40,803 bases of DNA from Chlorokybus atmophyticus (Eukaryota; Plantae; Mesostigma and Chlorokybus algae), in contig RHPI01002272.1 in assembly GCA_009103225.1 (NCBI GenBank), positions 78,905-119,707 on the forward strand, in the 5' to 3' direction. Every line of letters starts with the position of its first letter. The stretch's first letter is position 1. A model generated the notes under the pieces. It did no database searches, was not told where the DNA came from, and was given only the letters and a program-made list of their open reading frames with translations. Both the position numbers and the translations under genes were made by a program. Of the stretch, positions 11,479 to 22,231 are shown in pieces.

Positions 11479-14400
11479 CTGCAAAAATATAATGCACTAA
11501 GACTATGGATGTCATGGTAGGTCAACACTGCAGGTCAATCAGGCTGCAATGCAAACCTGTGTGACATGGGCATGAAGGCCGGCACACTTCCCAAGTGCCT
11601 GACGAGGGTGTCGTACCCAGCCCAGGGTTCCTATTGCATGAGGATGGCATCGAAAGAGCCACGGAGTTACTAACGCAGACATCATGTAAGACTATTCGGA
11701 AAGGCTGCGTGCATGCTGCAAAGTCTTGCTCGTGCATGAAGGTTTGCATAGCGTGGAGCAAATGCACCACCCCCTTTAAACTTGCCTGCTGATCGCCAAG
11801 GGTGAAGTAGCCAAATTTTCGAATCTGCATTGGTACGTGCTTTCTTTCTCCGGGGGGGCGGAAGATGACTGGAACCAACCACCCGGAAAGATTTCCCTCC
11901 TCATAAACCTTGCATAATATGTTCCCGTACTCGTCGTGCGTCCCCGCGCCCACCCAATCAGCTGCGGTCGGCTGTCTCAATGAAAATCGCTCATAATACT
12001 CATCACAAACCACCACCACCTGAAGCGTTATGTTAACAACCGCAGACCAAAGCATGCATATCTGTCATTCTCGCGTGCTTGCTTACTACATAAGCTATGT
12101 AAGATGGGAATGGTTGATGACAGCCACGATGCGCAAGATGTTCTACACTATCAGAGATGATGTGACCATTGGTACCTTTGTGCCATCCTTGAACATCTGC
12201 CCAATAAAAGCTGGCCATGACTGGTACCCAGTTTTGTCATCGATAATGACATGTACATTATCTTGTTGCAGTTGCTCAGCAAGCCTCCACACACGCTTTG
12301 CGTGAAGCTTGTCAAAATGGCAGTAGCTAATGAATACTGTTAACTTGGTCTCTTTTCCCTGTCCGCTATGTGCCACAGCACGCAAATTATTATAAACATG
12401 GTACAGCATTTGCCGCACAAGAGATTGCGCATGGTTTGCGAAGACAGCCATGCAAAACTTACGCAGTAGCAGCATTGTTGACAGAGGCCTCGGCCTTGGC
12501 CTCCGCGTCCTGCTGGTGCTGCTGCAGCACAGCAGTAGCAGCGTTGTTGACAGCGGCCGCGGCCTTCGCCTTCGCCTCCTGCTGGTGCTGCTGCAGCACA
12601 GCAACAACGGCAGGATGTAGCGCACTGAAGTCTTCTGGCAGCGCCTTCAAATGGAAGCACCCATACAGCTTCAGAATGTGCAGAGCCGTGAGCTTGCCAA
12701 AAGACTTTGGCAGCGCCACCAAACTCGCGCACCAGCTTAGGTCTAGCTCACGCAGAGCAGCGAGCTTACTGAAAGACTCTGGCAGCACCGCCAAGTAGTC
12801 GCACGCGCTCAGGTTCAGCGTTTCTAAGTTGTCCAACTTGCTGAAGGACTCCGGCAGTGCCATCAAGCTGCCGCAGTAGCTCAAGTCAAGCGTCTGCAGG
12901 GCAGCGAGTTTGCCAAAAGACTCCGGCAGCGTCGCCAAGCTTTTGCAATTACTCATGTCCAGCGTTTGTAGGGCAGCAAGGTTGTCAAAGGACTCCGGCA
13001 GTGCCGCCAAGCTGTTGCACTTGCTCAGGTCCAGCGTCTGCAGGGCAGCCAGTTTGCCAAAAGACTTCGGCAGCGCCGCCAAGCTGTTGCACTTGCTCAG
13101 GTCCAGCATTTGTAGGGCAGCGAGGTTGCCGAAAGACTCCGGCAGCGCAGTCAAGTTGAGGCTAATGCTTAGGTCCAGTTTCTGTAAATTTATGAGACCT
13201 CCAACAGACTTGGGTAGCATGCGCAACCCGGTTCGGAAGAGATCTAAAACCCGTAGCATAGTGAGCCCGCCAAGCGCTTCAGGCAGCTCGTTCACTTGAT
13301 AAGAATCACGCAGCACCAGAACTTGCAGCGCCTGGAGGTTTCCTATGGACTCAGCCACCGTCATCGAGGCATCATTATGGACGGCTTCTTCTACTATAAG
13401 GACGACCAGATTTTGGCATGCAGCGGCATTGCACAGGAAAGCGCTCAAGGCTGAATAGCGTGGACGTCTCCATTCGAGATAAACCAGCTCTCTACGGACC
13501 CTGTTGGGAGCGTGAAGTGTGCCATCCCAATCAGTTGTGCCAAGGTCTAGCATGCGGAGGCGAGGCATGAAGGCCATGCCACTTGATGTTTCACTCCAGT
13601 TGAGCCCAGACCAGGACACAGTCTCGGCGTGTTCAGAGCCCTGCATACAACCACAGCATGCCAAATATTAGTAGTTCTCATGTGCTCACTTTCAACAGCC
13701 ATGCTGTAACATACTACCAGAACATAGTGTATTGCACGTTCTTGTATTGGATGCATGCATGCAGCAACCTTCAAGCCAACCAAAAGAACATGAGATGAAG
13801 GAACCAAGCTGGAACGTGGCATATAAGCACCTGTTGAAATACGGCGCTCAACTCCTTGGGCAACCATATGTGCTTGGGCGGGTCTGCTCGATTGGCAATC
13901 ATTCGCCCCATGTCGCGAAGTTGGCCATGTACCGAAAAGCAGATATTGCCTTTGAAACTTAATGAGTATGGCTTGTGCTGGTTTGGTCTCCATTTCAAGC
14001 GAATAAGGGACAACTCCACTAGGGTGTACACTTTTAGCGACGCGCGGTTCCCCCACGCCGGAAGCAGGAAGTCTTTATTCTTCCCCAATGCAAAGCAGCA
14101 AATGTCCAGAAACACTCGCTGATATGTGGGCGTTAAAGAATTGTAGCTAAGCTCCAGCGTTTTCCACAACCGGTCATCTTTGGTACGTTTAAGCCCCTCA
14201 GCCTGTTGCAATTGATCCAGTGCAACTTTCCAAAACTGCACATCATTGCTGCTGCGCTTGCCCAGAAAGGAGCCCACGACTTCAAGTGCGAGCGGCAGGC
14301 CGTCGCACGCCTGGATGAAATCCTTGACGTTGGGCTCCAACTCCTCAGGCACTGGATGCGAGCCGAAGGCAAAGTGGCAAAACAGTTTTCTAGCGGGCTG

Positions 14401-15819
14401 AGCGTCCAGCTCTTCCACCTCCTCCACCAAAATATGCTTGTCATGCCCCCTCAATAAGCCGTGCTCGCGAGATGTCACCAGCACACGGCTTCCTTCACCC
14501 AGCAGAGGGTTGGCGGTCTCCAGATTGAAAGGACCGAGCAGAGCTTCTTTTTGAACCTCGTCCCAGATGTCATCAACAAAGAGCAGCACCTTCCGCCCTT
14601 GCAAATGGTTCTGGAGAAGCATCTTTGCTTGATCAATCGCCTTGGCTGCATCACGAAGTCCCTTATTCCCAGTAAGCGCTTCAAGCATATCCTGTTGCAG
14701 TTTAACCAATTCTCCAGTGTCTTGACGCTCTTTCCCGACCTCTACAAAGCAGCAGCTGCGAGGAAAAGTGCTGCACAGCTCGTTGTAAACCGCCTTGGCA
14801 AGTGTAGTCTTTCCGACGCCGCCCATGCCCCAAAGCCCCAGCACGACGACCTTGCTTACAGAGGCAGCAGCACTCAGCTTCTTGAGGACAGCTTCAACTC
14901 GCCGGTCAATGTCCACTGGGTATTTGGCGACATACAACGCATGGCGGTCCAACGTTTTCAGCACGTCGTCCACCACTTTGTTTGCTAAAGCAACTGGGTC
15001 ACTGACAAACAACAGCCAACGTTAGGAAACCACACATGACAACCTGAGCAGAGATGTTCTCCAGCGACAACTCAACTCACCCATTCTCCAGCCTCAGGCC
15101 CGTTGTTCCAAATGCTTTATCCAGCGCAACATCGTATGCAGGTTTGTTCTGGATATACTGCTGCTTGCCACTCAGGCATGCGCTGAAAACAAATCATACT
15201 CGTAACCAGGAACATGGCTACCGGACTGACAAGTGACAGAGTCTAGAAACTGTGCTCACCATTCAATACTTTGCTGAATCTCGGCTTTCAGGCTGTCAAA
15301 GTCATCATCGAAGAAGATGGGCTTAACGATGTTTGCTGAATCCTCCATCATGATGCGCAGCTCTTCCAGGCAGCACCACGAGTCCCCATAGTTACGCGAC
15401 AGAACAGGCATTTTGATGCGAGCGGTGTGTACATTGGCGGTGATCACAGTCCAGGCGTTGTCCCCGGGCTGCAAGCTGAGTTCATCTACGAAGCAGGTCA
15501 AGCTCACTTGTTTGAAGTAATCATGCAGATAATAAACGAAGTTTTTCTTAACGTCCCCTCTATGGCTCAAGAAAATGTCACTGCCAGCGTGAGGATTGGT
15601 CTTCGACAGAACGCAACTGTCTGTGATGTGCAACGTGTGAGTTGACTTGTCAGCGGACTTACAGTGACTGTATTTCATGGTACTTGACGGCTCAAAACCT
15701 GCAACCTTCTTGCTTTGCAAAGAATATGTTACAAGACACATGCGCAGCATATGCACCATCAAAGGCACGCTTGGGTTGTTTGCAAGCTTACCGTCCAGGT
15801 TTGCATTTGGGGCAGACAT
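10842..15819 (-). CDS. TIR-NB-ARC-LRR-SEFIR-EP (EDS1 EP-domain) NLR, apparently intact, 10 exons
   Basis: Manual splice model: 15819-15792, 15620-15260, 15182-15081, 15001-13831, 13640-12463, 12365-12176, 12019-11786, 11630-11557, 11478-11251, 11166-10842. Total 3891 nt = 1297 codons including stop. All introns are GT-AG except one GC-AG, and phases match throughout. The start codon is the least certain part; further 5' exons are possible. Confidence 0.88.
11557..12365 (-). CDS. SEFIR-type TIR-like domain (3 exons) of NLR1
   Basis: Spliced sequence LTVFISYCHFDKLHAKRVWRLAEQLQQDNVHVIIDD...KDGTK|VVVVCDEYYERF...GAGTHDEYGNILCKVY...LVPVIF...HVPMQIRKFGYFTLGDQQ|EPWAGYDTLVRHL follows the SEFIR/TIR_2 pattern (VFISY-H, LA-L, DV-ID, V-VC-Y, G-G--E, IPV-F, P-L, GY--L-R-L). 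Confidence 0.78.
12463..13640 (-). CDS. LRR exon of NLR1 (about 10 repeats of 24 aa) plus Ala/Gln linker
   Basis: Repeated LxxLDLSxCxSLxxLPESFGxL units (72-bp period), preceded by ELVYLEW-type post-NB sequence and ending at the donor GC|gtaagt. Confidence 0.97.
13831..15001 (-). CDS. NB-ARC exon of NLR1
   Basis: P-loop GMGGVGKTT, kinase-2 LLFVDDIW, RNBS-B SRVLVTSR, CDGLPLAL, RNBS-D FLDICCF, and an MHD-position variant VHGQLRDMG. Confidence 0.97.
15081..15620 (-). CDS. N-terminal TIR domain exons of NLR1
   Basis: DIFLSHRG-DVKKNFVYYLHDYF...CFVDELSLQPG...MPVLSRNYGDSWCCLEELRIM...KPIFFD. The Glu at the usual TIR NADase catalytic position (WCxxEL) is retained. Confidence 0.93.
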
Positions 15820-16319
15820 TGAGACCTCAAGGCAAGCTCCCCCTCTTAGCCTGCAGCAAGACAAGAACTGTTAAGAGCTTGTAACGCCTATACGCAGACA
15901 TAACACGCACGCAACCACAAGTACATGCTGCCGTCAATGCTCAGCCACACCTGCAAGGTGATGCAATAAAGTGCAGGGATTGCACGCTGACATGAAAGGA
16001 AGCGTGTGCTTATGCTCACAGCGCATGAAGTCGCTAGCCCAGGCATGCCGGCCAGAGGTCTTTTCCTTTCTTGACAACGCACTAAGCCAGTGCAAACGAA
16101 AGTGTACCAAAAACCAAACGGCTGCAGGTGACTTCAACTCTCTATACGTAACGCCTCGCGAACAGCTACTCGCAATGAGGTTGCCGCCTAGCACGGTACT
16201 GAAACTTAAACGATTGACAGTCCAGTAAAATGCTCTTGCTTGCACATGCCTCTTTTACAATGTCACAACAGAAATCTCCGGCCACAGCGCTGCCGTATAA
16301 CATTCACCGAATGCCATGC

Positions 16320-16635
16320 ATGACTACGAAGCATTGCATGGCTGACCTGAGTGTGGCTAGCTAGCTGGCATGCTGTTCTGGTGTGCTGTGCTCGCCGCCA
16401 CCAGCGTCCGCACACCCTCCACAAACGGCAACGCTCCTTCGCCCGGTGCGCTGAAATCAGGTGTGCGTCCTTCCGTCCAACGCTTGTCCGCCCCCAGCTT
16501 GTGTGGGGCGGCGTCGCCTCTCCGCCCCGCGCCTTCTGCCGCTGCTCCGCACTTGCTCTGGTCCATGTCCATACCGCCCGCTGCGTCCTCTAAGCTGACG
16601 CGGAGCCAGGTACCGTGACAAAGTGCCGCAGAGTG
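16320..16635 (-). promoter_or_regulatory. GC-rich upstream module shared with the NLR3 upstream region (putative promoter / 5' UTR exon)
   Basis: Reverse-complement match to 29975-30270 (cttagaggacgcagcgggcgg...cagaacagcatgcca.ctagctagccacac). Both copies lie upstream of a TIR gene in the sense orientation. Confidence 0.5.
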
Positions 16636-18339
16636 CAAAACCAGATCAGTGAATATGTCGAACGGAGTCGAACCTGTCGCCCATCATCCATGTCAGGATT
16701 TTTCACGTGCTTCATGCATATGTCAGGAGACGCCTAGCCCCTAGCAGTGCTATGCCCATGCACAGGTGTCATTGAACCCGCGTTGTATACCTCGTATGGT
16801 ATGGCTCCCGAACCCTTACCATGCTAGGCGTCCTACCAATGATAGCCCACCATGTCATGTCTGCACATGCATCAAGCAAACTAGGCCTTAATGCGGGGAG
16901 GAAGTGGCGGGCTCCAGCCTGGGCCGGAGGTTCAGGCGCATGTCGAAGGTTTGATGTTCTACGATATGAATGATAAGACGTGACCAATTCATGCGCTCAA
17001 GCTTGTTTCCTTGATTTGCCGGCGGCAGGGCCTGGAGTGGTGCGGTGCGGTGCGGTGAGGCGTTGGCGGGCGGGCTGCAGTGTGTCCCCGCCGCCGGGCT
17101 CGGGGAAGGACTTTCTCCTGGATGGGAAGGAGAGCAGCGCAGCAGGCGCCAGCTGTCCGTCTTCAGCGCCATGCTGGGCGGCGCTGCTTAGCAAACGCCA
17201 ACGGCGCAGCCGGGAGGATTAACGTAGATTGCTACAGCTGCAGGCACGGCTTTCCGCAGGTGCTCTACAATGTCTCGCCATTGCTGCCTGCCGTCTGCCC
17301 TCATAATGCTTGTCTAGCTAAACCAACTTCACAGCACGTAAATCTGCTGGTACCGCACAAGTACCACAGGCTGATCAGCGCCTGTGTGTGTTGTTGTGAA
17401 TGCATGCATGCACACACGTGCGCGCTCACTCACTCATACACACACATGTCTTCACAGACATGGACATATGTGGTTCTTGCAGCCATTCAGTGCTTTAGCT
17501 CCTTGCACGAAGCAGCTAAACTGACGGCAAGCATGCTCTGGTATCTAAGTACGTGCACTTCTTCTGTTGTCAATGTCGTTGGGGCCGTACTGCTGGTGGC
17601 AGTAACAGTAATGGCTTCGCGGTATGATGAAGTGGCAGCGCAAGAGATTGTTGTGTACGGTGTAAACTGTGGAACAGATGAACGACAGTCAAAAGTACAG
17701 TCTGCTTCTGTTGTATTGGACGCAACTCACAACGCTTGAACGCCNTCCTCACCCGCCGCGGGAAGTTAAGCTATGGTCAGCAAACGTATACAAAGGAACA
17801 GTGCTCAGCATAGTTGACGCAGTATGTAGATACACTCTCTCCTCGCTGACCATATCCTCTATGGTTTGTTTAACATGTATACACAAGCGTACCACTCTCG
17901 TCTGCGACGCAGCAACTGTTTTGTTTGCGAGCATTTGCCCTGTTTGTTGCGCATGCGCATGCATGGAACGGGCCTTTAATGTGCACACTAGACGTTGTTG
18001 CATGTCAAAGCTTGCCGTGCCAGGTGCTCATCATATATACACCGCTTCTTACCACCAGTAGATACGCTTTGTCGTTTTCTGCAGCTTCACGCCACTTGGT
18101 CAGCGCTGGCATGGCTATCGCTGAACTAAGTGAACTTTGACAGGACTTGGGCGCTCCGCACCCATGAGGCTGGTCTGCACCGCGCTTGGCTTAGCAGCAG
18201 AAGCAGAAGCGCTTGCGCTTGAGATGGGCGGGCTGATGTTACGGAGGCTTCCTGCAGTGCTAACTGCGGCTGCATCCATTGTCACTGGTGCCGGCTACTG
18301 GAACCACACACATCTCAATCGTGGTAGTGCTGAACTCTA

Positions 18340-18690
18340 TCTGACCTCGGCCGCTCCTAACAATGCTGCTATTGCGTAAGTTTCAACTACAGCCTTCTTT
18401 GCATAGCATGTACAAGAATTCTACTCCAACAAATGATGTGACATGCTTTTGACATTTTGCAAGTGCTGTGGCAAATAGCGGACAAAGACAAGAGGCAACA
18501 GGGGCACGGTCCACGACGCCAGAAGCAAAGTCGACAATGTCTACAAGCTACTGCCAGCTCAACATTCGACACAACAGGCAGAGGCTTGTTGAGCAACTGC
18601 AATGGGACGTCATTGTGGACTACAAGAATAATTGCCAGTCATGGCCGGTGTTTATTGGGCAGATGTTAAACGATGGCACAGAGGTACCAG
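18340..18690 (+). pseudogene. Relic of NLR linker end, intron and SEFIR exon 1
   Basis: aatgctgctattgc|gtaagt donor as in NLR1/NLR2, then EAKSTMSTSYCQ...LVEQLQWDVIVDYK..SWPVFIGQMLNDGTE|gtacc; opposite strand to NLR1. Confidence 0.8.
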
Positions 18691-19930
18691 TTGTAACATC
18701 ATTGCTTGTAATGAACGCGCATGGTTGTCATCAACATATCACAGCCTCTTGCATCTCATGTAGTAGCTATAGTAAGGCACGCCTTAAAGACAGCAATGCA
18801 GTGTGACTGGTTTGTATATGTACTCCTGACGGTTCAGGTCATTGGGTCAGGATGACCTGAAAGGTTATCCTGACCTGGTCCTTTCACATATGCAAGCCAG
18901 TGCGAAGTAAATTCTGACTGAGCAGTCTATCCGTGTAAACCACTCACTGCAGGCTTGTGGTCAGACACCCTCACTAGGCGCCCATTGCTTGCAATAAATC
19001 TAATCGTCACTGGTTGATCTGGACTGGATACCTTGCTCCCTGTACCCACTACCTCCAAAAACTCGCGCCGTTTGTACTCTATGGGAGTCTCTTCTACTCA
19101 GCGCATCCAGTACACACTGTGTGCGTGTTATCTACATAATCTGTAAACTTTCGTGTACATGGCTTGGGTGGCAGGGTACACATAAATTGCGTCACGTGTG
19201 CAAGTTGTAGGAGCGGGGTTGTAGCTGCACTGTGCCAGTGGTAATGTGGGCCTCCCCGCGTGGGACCGATGCTACTGTTGGTGCGGAGCTTGGTGTAGAT
19301 AGCGGCCATGGGACGGTTGTCACACCGATTTGTGGAGCTCCTCTCCCCTGGGGCTCAGGGACGTTGCAAACGGGGTTGTACCACCGTCTTGACAATGGTG
19401 TACGTCGTGTTGAAGGTATGGAGAATTGTCAGTCAGTGTTTTACACACGCCTAAAAGCACACGTGCAGCACTGTCATGAGAGTCTGCACTTGCTTGCGCA
19501 GAGAGGGAGTTAATCAAGGTCATGATTATCTCAAAGATTGCATGCGTGCACAAGCAAACACACGCATACATGCGCATGCGCACGCACAGCAGAGCGCGAG
19601 AGGGACGGTGCACAGCCTCTTATGTGACAGACTGCCTCTCTCACTAAGCAGATACTGCCCACATCTGTGCAAGGGTCCTCTTGTACACAAAATTGTGTGA
19701 GAGACGAGGTACAGCGGCGGAGTAGTACTCAGTAACACTCAGGGGACTCCCCTTCAGTCGCTATGTGAAACCATTGACGCCAAGATTGGTGGTGCTGTTT
19801 TGCCCCTTGTTTTGTCACACACTGTCTAACAGCACCGTTGTCACACAGGCCTCCTCTGCCTGACCTACAGGTAGAAAGGGTGAGCACCCTGTTGTTGCTT
19901 GGCATGCATGAAAAGACACACGGCTTGCAG

Positions 19931-21179
19931 GCTGGTGGCGCTGCCAAAGTTCTTCGGCAAGCTCGCTGTTCTGCAAGAGCTGGACCTCAGCCAGTGCGAC
20001 AGTTTGGCGGTGCTGCCAGGATCCTTGATCAATCTTCCTGCTATGCAAAAGCTGGACCTGAGCGGGTGCGGCAGCTTGGCGGCGCTGCCGGAGTCCTTTG
20101 GCGAGCTTACTGCTCTAGAGACGCAGGATCGAACAGGGTGCTCCGGCTTGGCGGCGCTGTCGAAACCTATCAGTAAGTTGGCTCCTGCGGTTGTTGCTGT
20201 TCTGCTGCAGCAGGAGGAGGAAGAGGAGGAGGAGGAGGAGGACACAACAAGTGTGCTTGAACGTCAGATCTGCCAATGGACTTGCAGCATTAGCAGGAGC
20301 AGAACGGAAGCAAGTACAGCGGCTTGACGTCGTTGCCAGTATTCCCGCCAATGCCAAATGCCCAATTCTTCCGTTGTATCACTGTTATGTGCACCAAAGA
20401 TGTAGGGGGTGAGGCATATTGGCGCTGCCGGATATGGTTGCCTCTAACATTATCAGGGTAAGAGCCCGACAAACATGCACGATCCGCACAGCTGTTCTAA
20501 CTGGCATACACAGATACACAAATTCATGCATATGCAGATACATCAACACAAATTGTAGACTGACTGACATATGTGTTGTACCTGGCACAAACCAACTTGC
20601 ACATACACGCGCTGATCACGGCAAGACTACAAGCACGTGCTTGCGCACATACGCTCTGCTACAAAAACTGACACGCGAAGCGGAGCTGGGGCTCAACGAC
20701 CCCGACAGCGTGATGGCCCTCAACCACTGGCGTCGTGCGTATGCAGAGCAAGTACGGTAAGGCATAGGCCCTCCGGGACAGACATGAGTAATAGGCGCCC
20801 GCGTAATCAGTCATAGGCTTTGAGTAATGTTCTGTGTCATAGCGCCTGTAAATATAGCAAATTCTGTGCCGGTTGCCATTTTGTCTGTGACTATTACAAC
20901 CATTATGCGAAAGATATGGAGAGCGTTATGTCAGGTCGGCGGCGGCGATTGCAACAATGCGATGTATATCAAAATATGGCGCTTGAGACTGGTGTAGCAT
21001 GCACAAGACTGCACAAGGACTCTGACATGCTTGGGTTGGCTGTATCAAGAGCGCTGCAGCATGGTGGTCAAAGAGTGCAGCTTGCTGCAACACTCCGAGC
21101 GCGACCACCTAGCCGCGCATTATCAAGGATGGGATCGGCCTGCACAGGTCTGGTGGACAAGTCCCCGCAAAACCCGTGA
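19931..21179 (+). pseudogene. 5'-truncated NLR fragment: LRR, poly-Glu linker, then a divergent EP-like C-terminal domain (right arm)
   Basis: LRRs (LQELDLSQCDSLAVLP, LDLSGCGSLAALPESFGEL) are followed by phase-consistent exons 20288-20408, 20559-20756 and 20843-21179, open to a stop. No TIR or NB-ARC sequence upstream. Confidence 0.7.
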
Positions 21180-22231
21180 AATCAGGCAAGGACATCCCCT
21201 CGCCACCCGCACCACCTTGCTTGCGAACAAGGAGTAAGGCGAGTGTACTTCTGCTGTATCAAGTGGACTTTGATTACAGTTCTGGTTCCAGCAGCACCTC
21301 CTCGCCATCGAGGCCCCAGCCTGGCATGAACAGGGAAGCAACCGTTGCTTTCGGGCTCCCTCCCGCCCACAGATACTGTGGCACAACACTTGTGGGCGGG
21401 AGGGTGACGGAAACCGGTTGGAGGGCGACCCGTACTGCAGTTGAGAGTAACTCCACCTCCGAGGCAGCGCTGAGGCAACCTTAGTGGGAGCTTGGAAATG
21501 GCGCTCAACCGGAGCTGCAATGCAGGTGCATGCCCTACCGCCGTAATGCGGCATCTTGAAGGTCGCGGATCACCTTCTCTCGACGCAGCACCTCACCTTT
21601 CTTGCGCTTGGTCTTTGGCAGCTGGGTATGGCAAAGCTTCAGGAATCTCCTTGCTAACCAACGTATGCATACCTGTTGCATTGCAATACACATACCTTAA
21701 CACCGACACCATATCCACCCCTCTCAATATCAGCGCGGCGTCTAGCAATCCAGTGCCTTTCTCTCTTCCGCTTGTTCTGCAGTGTACTCACTTTGAACAC
21801 CATTCACTGCATTCAATGCAACCACCTTGACTTAATGCAAAAGTGACGCACTTGCTTTGCCTGATCGCTGCCTGCAACCTGTGCACTCGTAGACGCAAGC
21901 ACCTCCTGCCCCTGCGCACAATGCAATACCACCGTCACTGCTATCTTCCTCGTGCATGCGTGCATGCGCGCGTATAGCATACCATCGCTTGCATTGCGTT
22001 CCTGTGTTTGTCGACTTGACACGTAGCCAATAGGGACCTTGAACATGCCTCGTTTTTCTGAACGGCAAACTCACGAGTGTCAAGCAAGTTTGGTTGTGCC
22101 GCGGCATGACAAACTCTAATCGTTTTGAAACAGTTACATAACATTATTAGGAGAATGCGCTACACCCCAACACATGTTATGTGCGTGGTAGTACAGATAC
22201 AGCCAAGTGGGAGGACCACAACAACCATCAC

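Noticed and set aside
11522-11785. Read-through of the SEFIR ORF (ASLKGVVHLLHAMQ...) as coding
   Set aside because: The paralogue has a 10-bp insertion and stops here, while the GC donor and the downstream exon are conserved, so it is intron.
12800-13200. 72-bp periodic repeats as a possible CRISPR or other non-coding array
   Set aside because: They are in-frame LRR coding units with no unique spacers, in eukaryotic context.
12370-13299. Plus-strand ORFs with repeating KDSGSAAKL motif
   Set aside because: Antisense shadows of the LRR exon. The same applies at 6820-7250 and 36850-37883.
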